From Eledone cirrhosa (taxonomy: Eukaryota): a stretch of 64,000 nucleotides of DNA. Of this stretch, positions 11,310 through 24,929 are shown piece by piece. Within the stretch, counting starts at the first letter, position 1. Every line of letters starts with the position of its first letter. The position numbers were made by a program, and so were the translations under genes. The stretch lies in assembly GCA_964016885.1 (NCBI GenBank), contig OZ024742.1:325934001-325998000 (forward strand), read 5' to 3'. The notes below the pieces were generated by a model. That model was not told the origin of the DNA and did no database searches. It saw nothing but the letters and a program-made list of their open reading frames with translations.

Positions 11310-11886
11310 GACTCGAAACCGATTCGGTAAAGGTAACCATAGTGAGTACAGCGAATTTTTTGAAATTTATTTTGAAACTTTTTCTTATTTGCTAAAACTT
11401 GATTATATATGCTCTGGCTCGTTAATTTATTAACCTGCCATTGAACCACATTGGCATATGTTTGGACAATACATGTGTCCCTAGACGCTTTTTGCGTGTA
11501 GGTGTATATACTTTATTATTATTCTCCTCTTGGTCGAGAAAAGAAATTTGGTCGTTCTGACTGCTGCTAGTTATAGTGGTAGTAGACTGACCTCCCTGCC
11601 TTTGCTTCTATCTTTACACACGGCACTGGACGGAATTGCTTCCACATCATTTATTCTCATCTCGGGAACAATTTTGAATAGCGCCAGTTCGTAATTTGAA
11701 CTCGGGAATTGTATATTCTCCGAGTGAAAAGATCCTTCTGACGAGAGTTTATCTTTGCAATGGTAGGCCGCAAGGACTGTCCATTTATTTTTGAGACTCG
11801 AAACCGATTCGGTAATGGTAACCATAGTGAGTACAGCGAATTTTTTAAAATTTATTTTGAAACTTTTTCTTATTTGCTAAACCTTG

Positions 11887-11890
<4 letters not shown>
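11310..11890 (+). mobile_element. Element with about 95-bp direct terminal repeats (pLTR-like)
   Basis: GACTCGAAACCGATTCGGTA...CTTGATTA at 11310-11405 and 11795-11890; contains HHR 3' half GAAAC-CGATTCG-GTA. Confidence 0.6.
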
Positions 11891-11921
<31 letters not shown>

Positions 11922-12239
11922 TTTAGATCACATTCACTTAGAAATGTATTTTTTAAAAATTATGTTTACTTAAAAATAATCATAGTGTTTTAGTAGTATA
12001 TAGATAAATAGATAGATAGATATATTCAAAATAAACAAACTCCACCAACACCAACACTACTACTACCAAACACACTCCATCACCTCATATTTTAAACTCC
12101 TGTCAAATAATTCAACAGAAGCACACAACCAAAAAAGAATAGATCTCCCCACCACCCAGAAGTTCAAACAGTGGGGAAGGGGATTTAGACCGTTGTCATT
12201 CTTTACAGGAAATGAAAACATTTGTTGTTTCAAAGAAAA

Positions 12240-13785
12240 AGATATTGTAGTGGGATATAGAGAGGGAGAGAGAATTTGTTAGTCTAGTGAGGGTGGGGAA
12301 ATTAAGAGAGAGTGATGTGTGTAGTACAGAGTGAGGGGAGAGAGTTTGTTTTAGTGAGCGTGGGGGGGGGGGGTGTATTGTTAGAAAGACTGAAGTTTGT
12401 AGTGAGATATAAAGAGGGGGAGTGAATTTGGTGGTCTACTGAGAGAGGGAGATTGTGAGAGCAATTCAGATACGTAGTAGGATAGAGGGAGAAAGAGAGA
12501 GAGGGGGAGAAGGTTTGATGGTTTAATGAGAGACGGGAAATTAAGAGAGAGAGAGGGGGGGGTTAAGAGATTGAGAGAGAGTAATGTAAGAGATTGAGAG
12601 AGAGTGAGGTATGTATATAGAGAGAAGAGAAGAATTTGCTGGCTGAAGGAGAGAGGAAGAATTGTGTGAGAGAGTGAGATATGTAGTAGGATATATAGAG
12701 AGGGAGATTGATTGGGGGTCTAATGAGGGGGAATTGTGAGATAGTGGGGTCTGAAGTGGTATAGAATGAGGGGAAAGAGTTTGTTGATTTAGTGAGACGG
12801 GGAATTATGAGAGAGAGTGATGCATGTATTGAGATAAAGAGAGGGGGAGAGAATTTGATATTCTACTGAGAGAGAGGGAATTGTGAGAGTGAGTAAGGTA
12901 TGAAGTGGGATATAAAGAGCGGGAGAGAGTTTGGTGGTTTAGTGAGAGAGAGGTTATTGTGAGAGTGAGACGGAATGAGGTATTTAGTGGAATATAGAGA
13001 AGGGGAGAGAATGTGTAGGTCTAGTGAGAGAGGGGGATTTAAGAGAGTGGATGAGTGTGAGGTATGTAGTGGAATAGGGAGAGGGTGAACATTGGTTGGT
13101 CTACTGAGAGAGGGGGAATTGTGAGCGAGAGTGAGGTATGTATTGGGATATAGAGAGCAGGAGAGTATTTCTTGGTTCAGTGAGAGGGGGGAATTAAGAG
13201 AGTGAAATAGATTGAGTTATATATTGGAATATAGGGAGGCGGAGTTAATTTGGTGGTTTATTGAGAGAGGGGCAATTGTGAGAAAGAAAGAGAGAGAGAG
13301 TGTGTGTGATATATATAGAAAGCGGGAGAGAATTTGTTGGTTCAGAGAGAGAGAGGAGGAATTAAGTGCGTGGCAGAGAGTGAGAGATGTAGTAGAATAT
13401 TGAGAGGGGTAGAGAATCTTTTGGGCTACTAACAGAGGGGGAATTGTGAGAGACTGTGAGGTATGTAGTGGCTTATAGAGAGGGGTGAGAATTTATCGGT
13501 CTAGTGAGAGAGAGGGAATTATGAGAGGGAAAGTGAGTGAGAGAAAGTGAGGTATGTAGTGGGAAATAGAGAGGGAGAGAGCGTTTGGTGGTATAATGAG
13601 AGAGAGGCAATTGTGAAAGCAATAGAGTGAAGCATGTATTGTTATATAGTGAGGGGGAGAGAGTTTGGTTGGCTAGTGAGAGAGTGAGAATTACGAGAGT
13701 GATAGTGAGTGAGTTATATTCTAGTATATAGAGAGGGGAGATAATTTGGTGATTTAGTGTGAGAGGGGGAATTGTGATAGAGTGT
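12240..13785 (+). repeat. Purine-rich diverged minisatellite, unit about 75 bp, about 20 copies
   Basis: Recurrent GAGGTATGTAGTGGGATATAGAGAGGG..GAATTTGGTGGTCTAGTGAGAGAGGGGAATTGTGAGA. Confidence 0.9.
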
Positions 13786-13814
13786 TGAACAGTAGCCTCT
13801 CGTTACGAATAAGT

Positions 13815-13991
13815 GTTTCTACTTTTAGCACAAGGCCAGCAATTACCATATTGCATTACTAGTGCTTTATTTTGTCGATCCCGTAAGGATTAAAGGCAAA
13901 GTTAAACTTGGCGGGATTTGAACTAAGAACACAAAGGGTCATTACTCTATGCTGCAAAGCATGGTGTCTGATGCTCTACCGATATTGCCAA
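13815..13991 (-). mobile_element. Family S SINE
   Basis: Same head, core and tail as 778-955. Confidence 0.88.
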
Positions 13992-14484
13992 ACAATGCGC
14001 TAAAATAACATCAAATAAATACTGCTAAAGATGTCGCAATTTTAATATTTTGCATCAAAACGTAAAAACATATTCTCAATAAAAACAACGTAGTTTTACT
14101 TACACTATATCAGCTACATATATTTCTAATATATACAACGTTGTTTCTGGTTGAGAAGAAACACGATAATCACCAAAATTAAGTGGATGAATATTTATGT
14201 CGAGAATCCGATAGATAGACACACAGATACACATACAAGACATTAAGTGTCCATAATTAAGTTTGAGTCGAGGATGCGAACTCATTTGTCGGGTGTGGTG
14301 TGGCCTGGCATTAACTGCTACAGTCTTGGACAGTAGAAGACGGAAGAAAGTTAGAACCAGCTTCTCTCAATCCGAGAAGCTATTCTACTGTTCATATTTT
14401 AAAAACGTGTGTGAATATTCAATATAAATGTCTATATATAAATATATCGACAGAATTAAACAACCCCATATATGTATATATATA

Positions 14485-15050
14485 TAGTTCAAAAGGACAA
14501 TGAAACAAACGCAGGAGTCAATTGTACATAGTGGTATTAGGTTCACGCTTGCTGGGAGTGGGGGAGGTTTCCACGTTTCTGACTTGTCTTTCATCAGGAG
14601 TGCGGAGGGAGTAAGGAGAGATGTAAGCAGGGAAGTCAATAAGAAGAACACAAAAGAAAGGAAAAATAAAAATTAAATAAAAACAACATTTAAAAAAAAG
14701 GGAAAACAAATGGGGTGAGGGTTGTACAGGTCCGGGATGTCTAGGGTGTGGTAGTGTGTATAGGGGTGAGTGGAGGGTGTTAGGAGTAGAGAAATGGTGG
14801 GGGAAGCAAGAAAATCAGAGTCCGGGTGGCGATGGTGGGAGGTAAGGTGTGTTTGTATGCGTAGATGTGTGTGTGTGTATGTGTGGATGTCAGTATGAGA
14901 ATTTTCAAGGAAGAGAGTGGATGGGAATGTAGGTTTTGAATAACCATTGTGTATGTGTAGGAGTGGACTACATGTCTGTGCATGTATAGTCCCTGGTTTT
15001 GGTATATATATATATGTTCCTAAATTTGCTGTATAAAACAGTCCCATATG
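14485..15050 (-). mobile_element. PLE-like 3' region with decayed HHR
   Basis: Minus strand CTC-CTGATGA-AA-GAC.AA.GTC-A-GAAAC-GT-GGA at 14570-14600; TA-flanked. Confidence 0.5.
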
Positions 15051-15079
15051 TTTGTGTATATATATATATATATATATAA

Positions 15080-15572
15080 ATATAAGTATGTACACGTACA
15101 TACATATATGTATACATACGTACAGGAGTATGTATATATATATACATACATGCACACATATATATATGTACGTATGGATTCACCAAACATGTATTATAAT
15201 GCTCGGTGTGTTTGTAAACAAACATCCCGTATTAAGCCGTAGTGTCTAGCAACCATCGTTGTTCGTTTGTTCAACAATGACAAAGGAACGCTGTAGTAGT
15301 TTCAAGCTTAGTAGCTATCATCAGCAATGTATACCTTCCTGCCAGATTGTTGAATGTATATACTTACCTTATGCATATTAACGGCTGAGTAGCCCAATTT
15401 GCATATCGAATGGGTTAATCGGCCGGGAGCACCGAAAACGATAAACGGAAAAAATGAAACGAAATTTCATTTCCCACTCTTAGTATATATGTATGTACGT
15501 GTACATACTTATATTTAAGTAACAGCCGTACTAAGAGTGGGAAATGAAATTTCGTTTCATTTTTTCCGTTTA
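15080..15572 (-). mobile_element. Family R retrozyme copy (one unit plus short inverted arm)
   Basis: Near-identical to 10260-10660; HHR at 15289-15329 with mutated stem III; inverted arm about 15490-15572. Confidence 0.88.
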
Positions 15573-15585
15573 TATATATATATAT

Positions 15586-15763
15586 AACGAAGGAAGTGTG
15601 GTCAGGAACCAGATGAACCATAATGCACCAGAGTACTCAATAATTAGGGTAGAAGAGTGGGTAATAGGAAAATGTTTAACCCCGACGGCAGAGCTCGTCC
15701 AGAGCAGTCCAGAAATAGCCCCCGCGACGGCTTGAGCTCTGCCGTCGGGGTTAAACTTTTTTC

Positions 15764-15765
<2 letters not shown>
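15586..15765. mobile_element. Family P2 short TA-embedded element with fold-back; further copies near 18045, 18985, 27186, 31545-31860, 39440-39650
   Basis: Shared AACCCCGACGGCAGAGCTC..TTTCGACAGCTA; sense strand reads GAAACGGC-TTGAGCTCT-GCCGTC-GGGG (HHR 3' half). Confidence 0.75.
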
Positions 15766-15794
<29 letters not shown>

Positions 15795-16880
15795 ATTTAT
15801 ATATATATATATAATATATGCGTGTGTGTACATTTGTGAGTGGGTGTGTATCTGTGTATGTGTGTTTGTAATAACAAACACATATTTGTTCGAGTGAGTA
15901 TGTGTGCATAATTTTGAAAATTGAGAACATGAAACATATGTCAATATATCTGCATAATCTGCTAAATGCTACAGTTGCATGGGAAACTGCCAATTTTCGA
16001 AATCCTGTCATATGAACATAAACTATTGCGTGATCTTTGATGAGATAAAGTTTGTTTTTATTGAAATACTTATAATACTACTTATAATATAGACTGCATT
16101 ATGCTGGATCTCATTTACTTATACTGTAATTTGTTAATTCATGGGTAAAACTTCTCCTTGTCAGAAAATTATAATTCCATTGTTGGGGTTAACCAGTGTC
16201 AAATTGGGTATCCATCGCTTTTTTCTGTCCCGGCGTGGGTCATTGCTGCTGAAATCTTATGGCGCTGTGAATTTATCGTGACAATTAGAGCCTGTGGGCT
16301 TTGACCTTGGTGATGGTAGTCATATGGGCGGGAATAACCTTTTCCCCTTCAAGAAAGCTATATGTCACTTATCTGGCACCTCATATATTGCAATCGTCTA
16401 ACAGGTGTCAACCCTATCGCTTCTGTTATGAAACTAGGGGCTTCCACTCGCAACGGAGACATTAATTGAGGAATTCCTTCATGTGCGAGTCGTCATTAGG
16501 ACGGTCGATGCCATTCGTCCTAGGACAGCTTTTGCCATCCCCAACACGAGATGAACACATAGCATCGGAGGGAGAATCGCCATGAGGTTGAATAGCTAAT
16601 GCAATAAATTTTGCTGGCAGTTCTTCAACTGAAAACAACTCACCCGCAACAGAACACTGTTTTCTTTTAGCGACATTAAAAAGAGGCCTGGTAGAGATGA
16701 AAATTGAAGAAATACCATTGTAAATGAATAAAAATGCATGTGTATGAATTTAAATATATATATAATGTAATTATACGGATATATAATATTGACTCGTTCA
16801 CACTAATCGATCAATATAAATTTGGTGCTAAAATACCATGGACAGAGGATACTCATACAGATATTGTTTCGGATAAATAA

Positions 16881-17061
16881 TTGTTTCTACTTTTGGCACA
16901 AGCCCAGCAATTATTCCAGTGCATTACTGGTACTTTATTTTATCGACCCCGTAAGGATGAAAGGCAAAGGTAACCTCGGCGGGATTTGAATTCAGACCGT
17001 AAAGGGGCATAACTCTATACTGCATAGTATGGCGTCCGACTCTTTACCGATACTGCCAATC
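16881..17061 (-). mobile_element. Family S SINE
   Basis: Full-length match to family consensus. Confidence 0.9.
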
Positions 17062-17133
17062 GTAATATTAATATTCTGCACTAAAAAAATCATATAATCA
17101 AATAGAACATTAAAACATTATTACCATAACATA

Positions 17134-17322
17134 GGGCGGTGGATTGGCAGTATCTGTAGAGGGCCGGGCGCCATGCTTTGAAGCATAGAGTTACCTCCCT
17201 TTATGATTTGAGTTCAAATCCCGCCGAGGTTAACTCTGCCTTTCATCCTTACGGGCTCGATAAAATAAAGTACCAGTAATGCACTGGGATAATTGCTGAC
17301 CTGGTGCCCAAAGTAGAAACAC
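17134..17322 (+). mobile_element. Family S SINE with 15-bp TSD
   Basis: TTATTACCATAACAT at 17118-17132 and 17323-17337. Confidence 0.92.
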
Positions 17323-17354
17323 TTATTACCATAACATTAATAATACATAATAAT

Positions 17355-17535
17355 GGTTTCTACTTTTGGCACAAGGCCAGCAAATTACCCAGTGTATTAC
17401 TAGTACTTTATTTTATCGACCCCGTAAGGATGAAAGGCAAAGTTAACCTTGGCGGGATTTGAACTCAGAATGGCAAGGGCCGTAACTCTATGCGTCAAAG
17501 CATGGCATCCGACCCTCTACCGATACTGCCAATCC
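17355..17535 (-). mobile_element. Family S SINE
   Basis: Full-length match, in (AAT)n context. Confidence 0.9.
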
Positions 17536-18162
17536 AATAATAATAAATCCTTAGACTGCACTGTTTCCGGTTTTGAAAAAACACACTAATTACCACAATT
17601 AAAAGGATAATTAAAGTTAAAATTCTGACCTTCAGCAGTAGGAGAGTCTTATTAATTAATTAGACAAGACATTATGGATCAATGCACATACTAATGTGTT
17701 AATATGGTGGGTGACTAGGGAGTAACTATGACATTCTTAGACAGCGGAAAGCAGGGAAGATTGCTAAAAGTAGCTCGCCCTCAAGCCGTGTAGCATGTAT
17801 ATCGATATATTTAAAATATTGAGTGTGTGTGTACGTGTGTATGTGTGTGTGTGTGTGCGTGTATGTGTGTGTGTTTATGTATGTGTGTGTGTATATGTGT
17901 GTGTGTGTGCGCGTGTGTGTGCAATGATAATTCAGAAAACAGTATAAAGGAAGTAATTTTTTTTTGAACGGATTAAGTGTGAAAGCATTCTTGGCTTAAA
18001 ATATGAGTCTACTCAAATGATATATATATATATATATATAATCCGAACAGTTTGGATCTAGCTGTCGAAACGGCCGGAGCTCAGCTGTCGGGGTCCTGAC
18101 TCTTTTCCTATTACCGACTCTACTAGCCTAAGTCTCAGGTTTGGTTTCTTAGCATACGTTTG

Positions 18163-18203
<41 letters not shown>

Positions 18204-18360
18204 ATCAACCATTGCTCCCCACCATTACCTCGTTACTACGCTCACCCCCACCTATCATAAATGCCAAAACATTCCTCTTAACTAAACCACAAATCAAAAA
18301 AACATATGAACGCGAAAATTTAGGCCTTTATATGCCTTATTCTGTCATCACTACCACAGA

Positions 18361-18445
18361 GGTCCGACGAGCTTTTGATTCCAGAGTCGGGCCAGATCGT
18401 TACAGATCGAACCTTAAGCTGATAAGTAGCGAAATGCGCGTCACC
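18361..18445 (+). ncRNA. Hammerhead-like motif (U4C core variant) in TA-flanked element 18200-18490
   Basis: GGT-CCGACGA-GCT...AGC-GAAAT-GCGC-GTC-ACC followed by AATAAA. Confidence 0.6.
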
Positions 18446-19119
18446 AATCAATAAACGTATTGAAGGCTTAACAAATCGTCCTTGCATTATTATATATACA
18501 TACACATATATATATATATATATATATAAAGTAGCAAAGAAAGAGAAGAGACAGAGAATGAAGTACACAATATAAAATATCCCACTAATTATATTTACAG
18601 ACCATATTTCTTTTACTCCGTTCCATTAATATGACCCAGAGAAGACGACAACATGCTCCAAGAAAAGACTACCATCAATATTATTCTATAACGTCGTCTG
18701 TAGTCTCTGTTTATATCTGAGAAACGACCAATTATGTATAAATGATAATAGCATTATCTTATTCATAGTACAAGTAAGAGTGAACGCTTAATAGCATTCT
18801 GTTTTGTCCCTTCCTGCATATGTTCACGCTAAACCAATTGTATATATTATACACGATACACACTAGTTGGAAGAATATGAAAATTAAAATCAACCTATCA
18901 AGAAAAATCATGAAAATGTTTATCCTTCATAGTGATGTTTTTTCAATATCATAGCACATGCACACATTGTACACATGCACGTATGAACTAGCTGTTGAAA
19001 CGACAAGAGCTCAGACATCGGTGTCCAGACTCATTTATGTAATCATACTCTACTACCCCAAGTATCGAGTACTCTGGTGAGTAATGGTCTACGCAATTTC
19101 TTACTGTTACCATCTTGAG

Positions 19120-19196
<77 letters not shown>

Positions 19197-19231
19197 AAAA
19201 AAGAGAGAGAGATAAAGAGAAAAAGAGAGAA

Positions 19232-19367
<136 letters not shown>

Positions 19368-20024
19368 AGTCAGAGAGGTAGCAACATATAGAGTTATATT
19401 AATACGCAGTATTTTCTGACTTGACCAAGTTATGTAGCTCTCGGGGACATTGAAGAAACAAACTATTTCATTGTAATATGCGGCTAGGAGGAATTAATGG
19501 CCAAGGATCGTCAAACTCTTTCTAGTAAGTTTTGAAAGAGACAAGAGAGAAAATGAAATTTACCTGCCATTTTATTTCAGATGATTCAATTGCTAGAGAC
19601 CAATATAAACTGACTGAGTCGGATCAATAGATGTTTTTACCCTTGGCTACTTCTCATTAAATTAGACATCGACAAAAAATAATGCTTCTTTCTAGTTATG
19701 TCCGAATTTATATTATGTCTAAAATTATTACATTTATCTGGTAATTTCGCATTTTTATTGTATAATATTACTTGAATCAGTCACTAAGTATATCTTGAAG
19801 AGCAAAGGAAGAATCAATTATATATTGTGGAGACTGCTGCTTGTTTTCACCTCTGATTTTATAGACACTTAAACATTCTAAATCTTCTTATAACCATTCT
19901 AAATCTCTTCGTTAGAGAGCACCAAAATGATCATTATTAGTCTAGAAAACCCTCGACATTAATACAGCAAATTAAAGTAAGTATTCTGAAGTTGAAATTC
20001 TATCTCAATTGTTTCGGAAGTATA

Positions 20025-20180
20025 GGCAGGCATTTTTGTGTAGTTAAAGAGTTCGTTTCGCAAACATACGGTTTCAGGTTCAATTCTGCACATCAACTAA
20101 GCTTAGTGTCTTCACCTATAATCTTTGCCGTGCGAACGAAATTTGTTAGACGGAACATTCCTAGAAGTATATCGTATATA
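20025..20180 (+). mobile_element. Old tRNA-derived SINE (second family)
   Basis: Decayed A box GTGTAGTTAA, B box GGTTCAATTC and body ..GTGTCTTC..TAGACGGAA resembling octopus OR-type SINEs as recalled. Confidence 0.5.
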
Positions 20181-20754
20181 CATATACTAGCATGTGTGCG
20201 TGATGTGTGTGTATATAGCCGGTTTTCTTTGTCTTTCGTATGAGGCAGCAATCACGTCACTCCAACAGTCACAACAGCTAGCTATGTTAGAGAGATTAGT
20301 GTACTCGAGATTCAAACTTTCAGGTGGGCAGAGGGCCAGGCACTTATTCAGTATGTGTTTTTGCAGTCTCACTTTAAAGTCGTTTACATCAAATGATGCC
20401 TGAGCTTGATGCTATTTTTGAGTCAAGAAAGGATTTGGTCTAGAATAATCGCACTCTCTGAAATAATATGATTGTCATTCAAAAGGATTGGTTTTACATC
20501 AGAGTATTTCCATGTCGCCGCGCATACATACATACATTTATACCTCATACAAGCATGCAGATGTTTGTATGGTCCTATAACACCTGATAGAGTGGTAGGG
20601 GCGCCGTATTGACATGCGGCGTTTCTTGGCCATATTAAGCCTGGCGGAGCCCATCCCTCTCCAGACCTGAGTACAGCAAATTTCTTCCAGAGAAAGATAG
20701 AAAGTGAGAGAGCGGAAATGATAAAGAGATATAGTGGAAGAATTGACTCCAGAA

Positions 20755-20892
20755 CTAGACTGGTGCTTTTGTTTATCGACCTTGAAAGGATGAAAGCAAC
20801 GTTGACCTCGGCGGGATTTTAACTCAGAGAGTAGAGAACCGGAACGAATTATATAAAGCATTCTATCCAACAACTCTCCCAATTCGCCGCCA
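20755..20892 (-). mobile_element. Diverged relative of family S SINE
   Basis: TTTATCGACC..AAGGATGAAAG..GACCTCGGCGGGATTT.AACTCAGA..AATTCGCCGCC. Confidence 0.75.
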
Positions 20893-23587
20893 CACACATA
20901 CGTACAAGTATAAAATATATCAATTTTCTACGCTTTCCACATGTTTCGTGATTTGGTCCTTTTGCAGGAGCATAGTACAAAAAACACTAAAGTAAGTCAA
21001 AGTAACTAAAGTATAAGTAAATACTAAAGTAAACTGATGAGAAATATTTTTAAAAAGTGATTCTGCTACTTTGTAATGTAGCGTATTTGTGAATATGTTT
21101 TATCATAATGTTAATAGCATATCAAATATAGACATTAAGTATGGTGCAGGCTGGGAGTCGCTCTGCTTGTAAATATTTATGCATTTTGTAGCTGAATGCA
21201 GCAGTTGAAGACAAAATTGCTTTGAGAATAATGTGGAAACCTCATGAAGCGACAGTTAAGAGTTAATAAATTCTTTCTCTCTCCTTCTCTCTTCCCCTCT
21301 CTCTTTCTCCCCCTGTCTCACTCCCTCTTTCTCTCTCCGAGCGAGTCACGTGAATACATAAAAATACAGTAATTAAGAACATGGAGAAAACGACAGAGTA
21401 TGAATGTGTTATACATAGAAAGATAGATAGATAGGTATGTCGGTATGTAGATATATAACCTGAAAATAGCCTGCTCAATTATATACATTGTTAATCTAAG
21501 CCATTTACTTATATTCTAGCAGTTTCTCGACTAAACGCATATGCAAACAGACATACCCTCACTCTTTCCCACAAACACACTCACACACATATATATTATC
21601 ATGTTTAGTTGTCTCCTTCATGTCTTTTATTTCTATAATTATCCTTCACTCTATTCTTACCTCCCACTTTCGTTATGTTAATTCCATTGTACTAAACTAT
21701 ATTTTCTCTCATATCAGCAAAAGAAAATGTACACAGTCACTTGTGTGTCTACAATAATAGGCAATTCTCCCTTAATCTCTCTACTGTTTTTAGAAACGTT
21801 ATTTTGCGTTAGAAATAATTTTTCAGGCAAAAGAAATATCCTGAATTTGTTGCATCTCTACAGATAGGCGGCTAAGTCAATACACTAACACTATCAATAA
21901 TAACACCACCCACACTATTAATACCATCGATGCGGAAACAGGCCTGCAAAGTTACACAAAATCTCCGTCATATCACTCTCTAAAATGAACATACTTCATA
22001 GTACAAGACTTGTGTACAATATTGCAATTTAAAAATAAACAATGATAACAGTCAGAATGTTTTGATTGTAGTTCTGCTTGAAGAAGTATAATCAATGTCT
22101 TAAACATAGCAACATTGAGGAAACTGATGGCCGATAGTTCTTTTGTGCATCTTAGTTAAAATCCATAGTATATAACAGTTATTAAGTTGAAATTTCTCTT
22201 TTATTCCCATATTTCAATATCACGATCACATTCGAAATAACAAATGGAATACCTGCTATATTCTCTCAATACAACTTTGCATGAAAAAGAATCGCTTAAA
22301 TAATTTTACACAGCAGGACATAACATCTTGGTCTTTGAATTTCATGCACCGATTTAGTACCCATCGTACCTCAGACGATTTTATCTCATCCCTTTAAATA
22401 TGTAGCCAACCCATGAGGTCGTCAGGCTGCGATACTATTAAAATGAACCTGGGCTAAAGTATCTAATAATTTCTGCTGATGCGGCTCTTTATTCTGGATC
22501 ACTTAGCTCTGATTTCAAAATTAAGCTGAGACCAAATTTATCATTTACTCTTTTGCGTTCGATAAAGGAAATACCAGTATAGGGTTGGTTCTTACACCTT
22601 CTCGCTTTTTTTATGGTCTTCGACACTTTTACAAATCGCAAGATATGTCATGTGCCCAGACAACGCCATGTAAACTCTACCAAGTGTTATGTGTCTCGTG
22701 AACATTTTTATTTTCATATTGTGACCTTCCTTTTTGACATACACTTATAATTTCTTATTTCCTATATCACCTTCGATTCCTACTTAATAAGATCAATATA
22801 TGCGCCTATCGAGCTTTGCATTCTGGAAAACAGCTGTCCAGCGTGTCGTATCCATATATCTGATTAGACATTTTATCTCTCTAAATTTATGTGATCAAAT
22901 TACAGCCAAACTATTAAATAATGCTGATATTCTACTCGATAGTTATCAATTAATTAATATGTTATCTCGATAGAACATAGATGACTAGTTTAAATTTGTC
23001 GACGTCAACAGCATCAGATTTAGAAAATCTCTTATCAGACAGTTTGATCTGTCTGCGCATGTTTATAAGGCAGCCATATATTGCTTAATTAGCACAGACA
23101 ACCAGAAAACACACTATCTAGAAACTGCAGCCAGGTATCTCTCAAAAACCTCTTTACCACTGATTCAGTCTTCAAAAATAGAAGTAGCAAATACATTGGA
23201 AAATTTAGTTCTAGAATACTATCTTTGAATATATAAAATATTATCATGAATTGAACATCATCTGGACTCAGCTGTGCTTCATCAGGGTTTCCTTGTGTCT
23301 AATCAATAACCACACAACCATACACAATACATGCATGTATTCTAGTATCCCAGTTACACTAACGTGTGGGATTAACAGTAACACTTTTATTTTTCTGTAC
23401 GTGTCTATCCGTTCGATACCAGACGCCATCTTTAAAACGCCACATTGATAATTATCCACAATATATAAATCCTCATAACGGTAAAAATCGACATCAGCAG
23501 GACGAAACTCCACACCTTTATCCTTGCAGGAGAATAATACTAACATTGCATCAGAGTGCCTGTCGAAACAAATTCAGTGAGATTTTA

Positions 23588-23699
<112 letters not shown>

Positions 23700-23768
23700 G
23701 CATATGGGGTGGGACATGTGTGCGTGTGCGTGTGTTTATGCATACACACGCATATATATATACACACA

Positions 23769-23804
<36 letters not shown>

Positions 23805-23887
23805 GGAGGTGAGTTTTATTGTAGTACAATAAAGCAATGCAGATATCGGATAAGAAGCACTCTACAGTTTGTAGGACTGGAGTATGC

Positions 23888-24228
23888 ATAATATAAGATC
23901 AAAAGATGGTTAAAGGAGTTCCATGTATTTTATTATGCGCATTTCAAAAACAAACATCATCATGCAATAATATTTGTGTTTTCATCAGATAAAACAGGAG
24001 AACATGATATGAAGGCTAAAAAACACTTGTGGATAGTGCAGTTTTAAATCAACATATCATATGTTGATTTAAAACTGCACTATCCACAAGTGTTTTTTAG
24101 CCTTCATATCATGTTCTCCTGTTTTATCTGATGAAAACACAAATATTATTGCATGATGATGTTTGTTTTTGAAATGCGCATAATAAAATACATGGAACTC
24201 CTTTAACCATCTTTTGATCTTATATTAT
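23888..24228. repeat. Perfect 170-bp-arm palindrome with single-C spacer (24058), PLE-type fold-back
   Basis: 23888-24057 is the reverse complement of 24059-24228. Confidence 0.95.
24122..24188 (+). ncRNA. Type I hammerhead ribozyme (mirror copy on - in left arm)
   Basis: TTTTAT-CTGATGA-AAACA...TGTTTTT-GAAAT-GCGC-ATA-ATAAAA. Confidence 0.75.
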
Positions 24229-24244
24229 ATATATATATATATAT

Positions 24245-24810
24245 ATTTATTTATTAAAATAACAGATTAAAGTTTAAGCAAAGAATCGCTGCTTTCACCC
24301 TTAACGGGATCTTCTGAAACTAACAAAGTCAATCTGTAAACGCAGAACTGGATATTTCAAAAAACGTTGCAACCGGAGGAAGACAGGAAGACGATACTTT
24401 GGTTCGTGGTAATGTTCGCTGGCAAAGAACGGGAAAAAACGAATAATACGTAATTAATAGGAGCGGTGAAAAACAATTACGCGCAAAGACAAAACCACGT
24501 TTATGGTATAAAAGAGGTCGTAGACTAATGTTCTCTTAGGTGGTGCATAGAGACGTTCTCTGGCAATGAACGAAAAAACGAAGATAATAAGTCATATGTT
24601 GAGCGTGGAGAACAATAGCACGCAAAGACAAAACCACGTAAATGGTATAGCAGAAATCATAGACTAAAATTCTAACTAGGAGACCAAATGAATCTCCGCT
24701 ACAGAGTTAAGAACAAAGTAAATAAATACAATACAGAAGTAATAGAAACAAATAAATACATACACGCAAACAGATACGTACATACACAAGCATACGCAAA
24801 ACCTTACCAT
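24245..24810 (-). mobile_element. Family F PLE-like non-coding element
   Basis: Near-identical inverse of 35755-36310; terminus CAGAAGA-TCCC.GTTAA.GGGT-GAAAG (HHR-like) abutting (TA)n. Confidence 0.8.
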
Positions 24811-24929
24811 TGGGAATACTCACCACCCTTTTTCCTATCTCTAGGGTCTTTGTGGCCTGCTTATACTATCTTTCGTTCAATACGTTGCTTCAATACGTTG
24901 CCTAATTCTAAGTTAACTTATATAATATA

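Noticed and set aside
23268-23546. FRPADVDFYRYEDLYIVDNYQCGVLKM, vaguely like an NHL repeat exon
   Set aside because: Single short similarity, no convincing splice pair or neighbouring exons; cannot be supported without a search.
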